A stretch of DNA of 46,482 nt from an uncultured Bacilli bacterium (GTDB lineage: Bacteria > Bacillota_I > Bacilli_A > RF39 > UBA660), in the NCBI GenBank assembly GCA_944350285.1, contig CALVOL010000003.1:1-46482 (forward strand). The letters run 5' to 3'. This document shows positions 10,843-17,676 of this stretch, piece by piece. The stretch's first letter is position 1; each line of letters opens with the position of its first letter. Made by a program: the position numbers and the translations under genes. A model generated the notes under the pieces. The model was not told the origin of the DNA, did no database searches, and worked only from the letters and a program-made list of their open reading frames with translations.

Positions 10843-11301
10843 TTATTTTTTTACTAAACGTTTTATTTCCATATTAGGCATTCTCATCAACCTGTATTGC
10901 TCAGTAAGTCTATACATGTCCTCTCCTAAAAATTCATTAGGTATTGATTGTTGAAATAATTTCCACACTTTATGTTGAATACTTGGCTCTTGAAGATTGA
11001 TTAAAGAAAAAATGGCATCTAAAGTAACTTTTTGACCAGTCCAAGGATTTTTTCTATTTACCATCGCTAAATTTACACCAAACACATCTACAAAATATAG
11101 AAATATAGCACTTTTAATATCTATTTCTTTTATAAATAATCCTGTATCAAAGTCATAATATTTCCTTGTTAATACTTCGCTGGGTCTTCCTAAAAAATCA
11201 GAAAAACCTACTGGGGGCATTTCTTTTATTTGTAAGCCGTCATAATCAATAAAGAAAACTTTGCCATCTTTGGTAATTCTTATATATTCTCTGTCGTACA
11301 T
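10843..11301 (-). CDS. hypothetical protein
   Basis: 152-aa ORF; no motif recognised; weak RBS, so the start is uncertain. Confidence 0.55.
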   Translation of the reverse strand: MYDREYIRITKDGKVFFIDYDGLQIKEMPPVGFSDFLGRPSEVLTRKYYDFDTGLFIKEIDIKSAIFLYFVDVFGVNLAMVNRKNPWTGQKVTLDAIFSLINLQEPSIQHKVWKLFQQSIPNEFLGEDMYRLTEQYRLMRMPNMEIKRLVKK

Positions 11302-11385
11302 AAATCGGGAAATATGATTTTATTTTTATGTCCTTCTTTTATGTTTTCTTCTATTTGAAAATGTATGTTTGCATAGCTCATTAAA

Positions 11386-11700
11386 TCAAATATATTTTCG
11401 TAATAGTCTGTAAAGTCTACTCCTGGAATATAGGGCATTGTATAGGAATTTACTACTCCGTTTTGTTCTTCTAGTTGGAAGTGCGAAATGATTAAAATCA
11501 GTTAAATTAGGTATTTCTTCTAATCTTTCTTCCAAATCAAAGCCTGTATCAGCTATCATTTCTAATAATGCATCATTTAAAATTTTTAATAACTCACCAT
11601 CAGGTAGTTGAATGATTATGGTATCTTCTCTTCTTTTTAGTATTTTATATCCTGTATTTTTTTCTAAAAATTCATGTAAATTTGATTTAGGTATTTCCAT
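11386..11700 (-). CDS. hypothetical protein
   Basis: Start reassigned to ATG 11700 (MEIPKSNL...) behind an AAGGAG RBS; no motif recognised. Confidence 0.55.
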   Translation of the reverse strand: MEIPKSNLHEFLEKNTGYKILKRREDTIIIQLPDGELLKILNDALLEMIADTGFDLEERLEEIPNLTDFNHFALPTRRTKRSSKFLYNALYSRSRLYRLLRKYI

Positions 11701-11772
11701 AGTATTCTCCTTTTTTAGGTCTATCTTATTTCTATTTTCCACAGGAGTCAATTATTTCAAAAATTTTTTTAC

Positions 11773-11808
11773 AAAAAAAGAAAACTTCATCACACAATGA
11801 AGTATTCT
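11773..11808 (-). terminator. rho-independent terminator downstream of the type III toxin
   Basis: Minus strand ACTTCATT-GTGT-GATGAAGT followed by TTTCTTTTTTT. Confidence 0.7.
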
Positions 11809-11844
11809 TTGTTTATCATAAATTTCTTTTATTGTTTATTTATT

Positions 11845-12333
11845 TCACTTTATTTCTTCTAACATTTTTTCTTTTATTTTATCTATATCTGTAAAAAACA
11901 AATTAATTCCTCTCTTTTTCAACCCCAACATATTTTTAAATAAACTTTTAATTTCATCTTGTAAACCAGTAGGAACTTTTAACGGAACGCCAGCTTTTGT
12001 GTGCACATGATCTATATATCTTTCTAATGTAGGAAACGCATTTTGTAATAATATTGCTGCATTTTCGCCTGCTATCTTCCTAATTATAATAGTATTACAA
12101 AAACCATATCGCTTTATTTTTTTATTCATTATCTTTTCATATTTATCTACTTTAGAACTTATGGGAATAAACCATAAAATATTTTTATCTTCAATAGTAA
12201 AATAAGTAGGTCTTTTTTTACCTTTTTCATGATTTTGCATCAGACTATTATCATTTACAACATCAAAATATTCATCTTTAATATGATATAAATATCCTGT
12301 TTTAACTTTTATGTATATCACCTCCTGTATCAT
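11845..12333 (-). CDS. cptN: type III toxin-antitoxin endoribonuclease toxin, CptN-like
   Basis: GYLYHIKDEYF, LMQNHE, KRPTYF, ILWFIPISSKVDKY, AILLQNAFP match the CptIN toxin family as I recall it. Preceded by promoter, tandem RNA repeats and terminator. True start may be ATA at 12312. Confidence 0.88.
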   Translation of the reverse strand: MIQEVIYIKVKTGYLYHIKDEYFDVVNDNSLMQNHEKGKKRPTYFTIEDKNILWFIPISSKVDKYEKIMNKKIKRYGFCNTIIIRKIAGENAAILLQNAFPTLERYIDHVHTKAGVPLKVPTGLQDEIKSLFKNMLGLKKRGINLFFTDIDKIKEKMLEEIK

Positions 12334-12340
12334 AATAACT

Positions 12341-12375
12341 AAAAAGAAAACTTCATCATATGACGAAGTTATTCT
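12341..12375 (-). terminator. terminator between antitoxin repeats and toxin gene
   Basis: Minus strand AACTTCGTCA..TGATGAAGTT followed by TTCTTTTT; canonical position in type III TA operons. Confidence 0.85.
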
Positions 12376-12376
12376 G

Positions 12377-12482
12377 CATTTTCAACCAGGATCATTTATT
12401 AGTCGCACCACCTGGAAGCGAAAAACATTGTCGACTGGACTCACTTATTATTCGCACCATCCAGAAGCGAAAAACATTTTCA
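12377..12482 (-). ncRNA. cptI: type III antitoxin RNA (CptI-like): two 49-nt pseudoknot repeats plus a partial third
   Basis: Units 12426-12474 and 12377-12425. RNAs UUUUUCGCUUCUGGAUGGUGCGAAUAAUAAGUGAGUCCAGUCGACAAUG and UUUUUCGCUUCCAGGUGGUGCGACUAAUAAAUGAUCCUGGUUGAAAAUG. Stem 1 is UCGC/GCGA; stem 2 is CUGGA/UCCAG versus CCAGG/CCUGG. Confidence 0.9.
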
Positions 12483-12501
12483 CACATCTCTGTGTAATGT
12501 C

Positions 12502-12530
12502 AATATACTATATTTTTCCGAAAATGTCAA
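12502..12530 (-). promoter_or_regulatory. sigma-A promoter of the type III TA operon
   Basis: TTGACA (12530-12525), 17 nt, TATATT (12507-12502). Confidence 0.8.
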
Positions 12531-12654
12531 TTAGTATACATTTATAGTATATTCAAATTAGTATAATAATATATCTAAATTATTGTCTTAAAAAGCATAT
12601 TGTGCAATAAATCATTATCTTAGATATTTTTCTTTAGAAAGTCTGTATTAAATA

Positions 12655-15288
12655 CTATTTATTTGCCTTTTCACGAATTGCAGCTTGAGCAGCAGCAAGT
12701 CTAGCAACTGGCACTCTAAATGGAGAGCAACTTACATAATCTAATCCTACATTATGGCAGAATTCAATACTTGATGGGTCTCCTCCATGTTCACCACATA
12801 CACCTAATGAAATGTTTGAATTAGCACTTCTGCCCTTTTCAGCAGCCATTTTTACAAGTTGGCCTACTCCTTCTTGGTCAAGACGAGCAAATGGGTCAGA
12901 TTCGAAGATTTGTTTTTTATAATAATCATTTAAGAATTTTCCAGCATCGTCTCTTGAGAAACCGAATGTCATTTGTGTTAAGTCGTTCGTACCAAATGAG
13001 AAGAAGTCTGCATATAGAGCTATCTTATCTGCAATTAAAGTCACTCTTGGTATTTCAATCATCGTACCAATTTCATATTCCATTTTTACGTTTTCTTTTT
13101 CGATTAATTCATCCGCAGTTTTTGTAACGATTTCTCTTAAATAAGATAATTCTTTGGTACTTCCTACTAACGGTATCATAATTTCTGGTTTAATGTTTAA
13201 TCCTTCTTTTTGGACTTCGATTGCCGCACCTATTACAGCTTTCGTTTGCATTACTGCGATTTCCGGATAAGTAATGGCAAGTCTACAGCCTCTGTGTCCC
13301 ATCATTGGATTGAATTCTTTTAATGAGTCAATTCTAGAAACACATTTTTCATAAGAAATATTTAGACTCTCTGCAAGTTCTTTTATTTCTTTTTCTTCTT
13401 TTGGTAAGAATTCATGCAATGGTGGGTCTAGATAACGAATAACTACTGGATTTGGTGCCATTACTCGGTATAATTCTGCAAAGTCTTCTTGTTGGTATGG
13501 CAAGATATATTCTAGAGCTTTTTCTCTTTCTTCTTTTGTATCTGCCATAATCATTTGTCTAAAATGGAAAATTCTTTTTGTGTCGAAGAACATGTGCTCT
13601 GTACGGCATAAGCCAATTCCTTCTGCTCCAAAAGTTGCTGCTTGGCGAGCATCTCTTGGATTATCTGCATTGGCACGTACACGTAGTTTTCGCACTTCAT
13701 CTGCCCAACTCATAAATTCTTCAAAGTCACCACTGATGGTTGGTGCTGAGGTCTTTAGTATTCCGTCATAGACATGACCAGTAGAGCCATCTAAGCTAAT
13801 TTCATCTTTTTCGTGATATACTTTACCGTCTTTTGTTGTAAGTGTCTTCTTTGTTTCATCGATTGTTAATTCTCCACAACCAGAAACACAGCAAGTTCCC
13901 ATACCACGTGCAACAACAGCAGCATGGCTAGTCATTCCACCACGGATAGTTAAAATACCTTCGGAATGGTTCATTCCTTCAATATCTTCTGGGCTTGTTT
14001 CTAAACGCACTAAGATGACTTTCTCGCCATTATTATTGGCTGCAATTGCATCTTCTGCTGTAAAGTAAATATGTCCTGCTGCTGCTCCAGGGCTTGCTGC
14101 AAGACCTGTTGCTATCACTGTTCCTTTTTTAAGGGATTCTGCATCAAACGTTGGATGAAGCAAATCTTCTAATTGTTTTGGTTCTACTTTTAGTAATGCT
14201 TCTTCTTTTGTAAGCATTCCTTCTTTTACTAAATCGACGGCAATTTTCACCGCAGCTTGAGCAGTTCTTTTTCCATTTCTAGTTTGAAGCATAAACAACT
14301 TCCCATTTTCAATAGTAAACTCCATATCTTGCATATCTTTATAATGATCTTCTAGAGTATTTGCAACACGCACAAATTCTTCATATACTTCTGGCATATC
14401 TTCTTCTAGTTTGGAGATTGGACTTGGTGTACGAATACCTGCTACGACATCTTCACCTTGTGCATTGATTAGATATTCGCCATATAGTTTCTTTTCTCCT
14501 GTTGCAGGATTTCTAGTGAAGGCAACACCAGTACCTGATTTATCACCAGTATTTCCATAAACCATTTCTTGAACGTTGACTGCGGTTCCCCAACTAGATG
14601 GAATATCATTCATTCTTCTATAATAAATCGCTCTTTCGTTATTCCAGCTTCTAAATACTGCCGTGACTGCTTCGATAAGTTGTACTTTAGGGTCAACAGG
14701 GAAATCTTCACCAGCAACTTCTTTATAAATACTCTTAAAATGATTTGTGATTTCCACCATATCTTCAGCGGTTAAATCAGTATCAAACTTTACACCTTTA
14801 CTTATCTTTACTTCATCTAAATATCTTTCAAATAAACTTTTAGAATATCCTTTTACGACATCTGCATACATTTGAATGAAACGACGATAAGAGTCATAAA
14901 CGAAACGTTTATTTCCAGTAATATCCGTAAAGCTTTCAGCCACTTCATCATTCAACCCTAAGTTTAAAACGGTATCCATCATTCCAGGCATACTAGCACG
15001 TGCACCACTACGAACACTTACGAGTAATGGATTTTTAGGGTCTCCAAATTTCTTGCCTGTCATCTCTTCTAATTTAGCAAGGGTTTCTAAAATTTCTGTT
15101 TTAATTTCCTCGCTAATGGTTTCATTATTATCATAATAATTTGTGCAGGCTTCTGTTGTTACAGTAAACCCTTGAGGAACAGGAAGTCCAATGTTTGTCA
15201 TTTCTGCTAAATTAGCTCCTTTTCCTCCTAATAAATTTCTCATGTCTTTATTTCCTTCACGGAATAAATATACATATTTTGGCATCAT
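12655..15288 (-). CDS. ppdK: pyruvate, phosphate dikinase
   Basis: LGGKGANLAEM, PLLVSVRSGA, MPGMMDT, GGMTSHAAVVARG (phospho-His), GIGLCRTEHMF, FSFGTNDLTQ, CGEHGG. Confidence 0.99.
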   Translation of the reverse strand: MMPKYVYLFREGNKDMRNLLGGKGANLAEMTNIGLPVPQGFTVTTEACTNYYDNNETISEEIKTEILETLAKLEEMTGKKFGDPKNPLLVSVRSGARASMPGMMDTVLNLGLNDEVAESFTDITGNKRFVYDSYRRFIQMYADVVKGYSKSLFERYLDEVKISKGVKFDTDLTAEDMVEITNHFKSIYKEVAGEDFPVDPKVQLIEAVTAVFRSWNNERAIYYRRMNDIPSSWGTAVNVQEMVYGNTGDKSGTGVAFTRNPATGEKKLYGEYLINAQGEDVVAGIRTPSPISKLEEDMPEVYEEFVRVANTLEDHYKDMQDMEFTIENGKLFMLQTRNGKRTAQAAVKIAVDLVKEGMLTKEEALLKVEPKQLEDLLHPTFDAESLKKGTVIATGLAASPGAAAGHIYFTAEDAIAANNNGEKVILVRLETSPEDIEGMNHSEGILTIRGGMTSHAAVVARGMGTCCVSGCGELTIDETKKTLTTKDGKVYHEKDEISLDGSTGHVYDGILKTSAPTISGDFEEFMSWADEVRKLRVRANADNPRDARQAATFGAEGIGLCRTEHMFFDTKRIFHFRQMIMADTKEEREKALEYILPYQQEDFAELYRVMAPNPVVIRYLDPPLHEFLPKEEKEIKELAESLNISYEKCVSRIDSLKEFNPMMGHRGCRLAITYPEIAVMQTKAVIGAAIEVQKEGLNIKPEIMIPLVGSTKELSYLREIVTKTADELIEKENVKMEYEIGTMIEIPRVTLIADKIALYADFFSFGTNDLTQMTFGFSRDDAGKFLNDYYKKQIFESDPFARLDQEGVGQLVKMAAEKGRSANSNISLGVCGEHGGDPSSIEFCHNVGLDYVSCSPFRVPVARLAAAQAAIREKANK

Positions 15289-15343
15289 TATTCATCTCCT
15301 TTTTTAACATCATGCTCCAAGTCCATTATATCGATTTTCAAAG

Positions 15344-15370
15344 AAAAAAGATATGCTTTTGACATATCTT
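15344..15370 (-). terminator. rho-independent terminator, probably the original terminator of the 16112-17557 gene
   Basis: AAGATATG/CATATCTT stem with a 7-nt loop; U-tract on the minus strand. Confidence 0.65.
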
Positions 15371-15431
15371 GACACGAATTTGTTTATTTAAAGGCTTAAG
15401 GTAAATTATCAGGGATCCCCGATAATATTCC

Positions 15432-15521
15432 TTATCGGGGAATTAAGATTATCAGGGAAATTTTTAACCAAGCCTTTATTTAAGGCTTTTTCTTTTGCTA
15501 TTTTCCCTGATAATGTCTATA
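15432..15521 (+). repeat. left terminal inverted repeat (90 bp)
   Basis: TTATCGGGGAATTAAGATTATCAGGGAAA...TTTTCCCTGATAATGTCTATA; 84/90 identical by my manual alignment to the reverse complement of 16037-16126. Confidence 0.95.
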
Positions 15522-15523
15522 AT
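15495..15523 (+). promoter_or_regulatory. sigma-A promoter in the left end, overlapped by the inner repeat site
   Basis: TTGCTA, 17 nt, TATAAT; the spacer contains TTCCCTGATAA (15503-15513). Confidence 0.7.
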
Positions 15524-15567
15524 AAATTTCGCTGGCAAAGGTGTCAGCAGGAAAGGATGTGGTATTT

Positions 15568-16041
15568 TTGAGTTACCCAGATTTTAAAACTCAAATCAAA
15601 GAGATACGAAGGGAGGCAATTGAAATAGGCTTTTCCATTTCAACTATGAATGGCTATGAAAGAATATGGAACAAGTTTATAAATTGGAAACAAGAAGAAC
15701 ATTTTGTATATCAAGAAGAAGATTATAATCAGTTTTTGTTGGAATACTATCACTTTGATGTTTCAACTTATACTTCCAAATCGAAGTCTAGACATCAAGA
15801 ACTGATGAGATCAAAAAGAATAGTAGATGACTTTGATACTTATAAGGAATGGATTCAAAGAAGATGTTTACCAAACAACTTATATTGTGAATATCCTAAA
15901 GAATGGAATCCAGTCGTTGAAAAGTATTTCACTTATTGTAAAGAAGAAAAAGAGAATGCTTCAAGCTCCATTAAATTGAAACAACAATTACCAGATTGGA
16001 ATGATGACAAGGATTTACTAAACCAGCTTTTAAATCTATAG
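15568..16041 (+). pseudogene. truncated/chimeric tyrosine recombinase remnant without catalytic domain
   Basis: Likely TTG start at 15568. Two integrase N-terminal SAM-like segments (GFSISTMNGYERIWNKF; YFTYCKEEKENASSSIKLK), then abruptly QQLPDWNDDKDLLNQLLNL*. No R-H-R-H-Y motifs. Confidence 0.7.
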
Positions 16042-16126
16042 ACGTTATCAGGGAAAATAGCAAAAGAAAAGCCCTTAAATAAAGGCTTGATTAAGAATTT
16101 CCCTGATAATCTTAATTCCTCGATAA
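16037..16126 (-). repeat. right terminal inverted repeat (90 bp)
   Basis: TATAGACGTTATCAGGGAAAA...TTTCCCTGATAATCTTAATTCCTCGATAA. Confidence 0.95.
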
Positions 16127-17557
16127 TTGATATGGATTGGACTCACTGCCATCTCCTCCAAATATTTTTACGTTAGAAGATAAATATAATGCAGGAGAGA
16201 CAACAACATATGTATCGCGTGCGTAAGTATTAGCCACGAATCCTATCTTATCCACAAAGAATACAAGATTAGAAGTACTTGAATCCGGGGTCAATGTCCA
16301 TTGATAAATTCCACTCTTATATAACCAGTTATTATTATAACAATCTTCGTAATTACGCCAATCATACAAAGTATAAGATAAACATATATTTCTATTTGTA
16401 TTAATTCCTCCGCTGGTTGCATATCCATAATCACTTGGATACATTAATCCGATTTGTCCTGTCCATTCGGTTGGTCTACCGCTATAAACCTCTGTACCTC
16501 TTTCATATGTATAATAAGTAGAAGTAACATTTGTAAGTGAAGATAAGCCTCCTAAACTCCAGATAGCATCATTGAGCATCTCCTTATATGGACTTTGAAT
16601 TCCATTCAAATAAATGGTATTCAATTCCTCCTGTAAAGTGGCAATACTCCAATCATTTACATTACCAGTATTCCATGCCATGCCCATGCTATATGGCTCA
16701 TCCTTAATAATTTTCAGTCTTGATTCTTTGTTACCATTTCCATCCTCGATATTATTCATTACTCCTATGATGCGCCATAATTCATTATTAAAAGACACAT
16801 AGTTATTTGGATCTGCTCCTATATATCTTAAATTATTATCTACCGTTTCATCATATACGAGTTCTTCACTCTTTTCGGCATTCTTGATCATACAATTTGA
16901 TGCTGTATCGTCACATAATGCTAATGCTTCACTAAAACTTATCTTTTCATTAATAATTCTTACACTGATAGTTCCACTAAAAGTAAGTCCTTGTTGATTA
17001 TCTTGATTGCCATTGTTCTTATAATGATACACTAAATAATAGGTTGTTTTCTCAAGTGTACTTACATCAAAGTCTGCTTGCTCTAATATGATTTGAGAGT
17101 TATTTGTAAATGTTCCTTGATATACTAATTCTGGTGTTCCTGTAATATTTAAACTATCTTCTTGATAGAGTTGTTCATTCTCTAATGTTGGATCTGCTAC
17201 ATCTACTGTAATGTTATTACTAATTGGATCAGTTGTTTTATACAAACTAATTTCAATATCTGTTCCAAATTCACTTGGTAATACTCCTGCTAAATCTATT
17301 TCATAAATTCCTATACCATTATCCGAATTCTTTTCGATGGTAAATTCCTGAATTCCTATTTGTCCTGGTAATAAATCATACGATGTAAATACTTTCGTTC
17401 CTGTCCAAAGAATACTTCCTAATCGTTCTGTTGTGATGTTTAAATTCGTTTCATTTCCATCATTTTGATTATTCACTGCAAAGTAGGCTAGTGACACTCC
17501 TATTCCTACTACTAATGTACAAATTATTACTATTAAAATTGTTATTTTTTTGTTCAT
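16112..17557 (-). CDS. secreted/surface protein with TasA/SipW-type signal region and C-terminal DUF6273/C-type-lectin-like domain
   Basis: MNKKITILIVIICTLVVGIGVSLAYF signal; NNYVSFNNELWRIIG, IGLMYPSDYGYA, WTLTP...VSPALYL, GDGSESNPYQL. Start moved to ATG 17557. The last codons (LSRN*) lie inside the element's right end. Confidence 0.75.
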   Translation of the reverse strand: MNKKITILIVIICTLVVGIGVSLAYFAVNNQNDGNETNLNITTERLGSILWTGTKVFTSYDLLPGQIGIQEFTIEKNSDNGIGIYEIDLAGVLPSEFGTDIEISLYKTTDPISNNITVDVADPTLENEQLYQEDSLNITGTPELVYQGTFTNNSQIILEQADFDVSTLEKTTYYLVYHYKNNGNQDNQQGLTFSGTISVRIINEKISFSEALALCDDTASNCMIKNAEKSEELVYDETVDNNLRYIGADPNNYVSFNNELWRIIGVMNNIEDGNGNKESRLKIIKDEPYSMGMAWNTGNVNDWSIATLQEELNTIYLNGIQSPYKEMLNDAIWSLGGLSSLTNVTSTYYTYERGTEVYSGRPTEWTGQIGLMYPSDYGYATSGGINTNRNICLSYTLYDWRNYEDCYNNNWLYKSGIYQWTLTPDSSTSNLVFFVDKIGFVANTYARDTYVVVSPALYLSSNVKIFGGDGSESNPYQLSRN

Positions 17558-17647
17558 TTTACTCACCTTTTCTTTGGGGCATCTACTTTTTAGTATTCTC
17601 TATTTCAGTTTATCATAAACCGCACATTATCTCAACTTTAGAGTATT

Positions 17648-17676
17648 AAAAAAGTAGCCAATTTTTTGGCTACTTT
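17648..17676 (-). terminator. htpG terminator
   Basis: Perfect 11-bp stem AAAGTAGCCAA-TTTT-TTGGCTACTTT overlapping the stop codon, with a U-tract. Confidence 0.8.

Larger units (their letters stand above)
15432..16126 (+). mobile_element. internally deleted tyrosine-recombinase element (RIT-like, non-autonomous), 695 bp
   Basis: 90-bp imperfect terminal inverted repeats, each with three TTATC(A/G)(G/A)GGAA sites. No target duplication; the 6-bp flanks differ (TATTCC and TTGATA). The internal ORF resembles an integrase N-terminus joined to a short integrase-type tail. Confidence 0.8.

Noticed and set aside
12377-12482. 49-nt repeats as a mini CRISPR array
   Set aside because: Units are contiguous with no unique spacers, no cas genes are nearby, and pseudoknot plus toxin context explains them.
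12532-12565. Three TAGTATA copies upstream of the type III TA promoter
   Set aside because: Short, AT-only-like motif with uneven spacing in a very AT-rich tract.
15432-16126. Invertible promoter switch
   Set aside because: The promoter points inward at a recombinase remnant and the multi-site ends fit a transposable element better; inversion is not excluded but has no support here.
16248-16256. Perfect DnaA box TTATCCACA
   Set aside because: Single copy inside a CDS; no cluster or origin context.
16112-17557. Diversity-generating retroelement
   Set aside because: No reverse transcriptase and no template/variable repeat pair found in the window.
9957-17676. AAGTAGCCAA motif at 9958, 10732 and in the htpG terminator as an uptake sequence or cassette end
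   Set aside because: Only four copies noticed, two forming one hairpin and one in coding sequence; cannot be separated from chance without a k-mer count.
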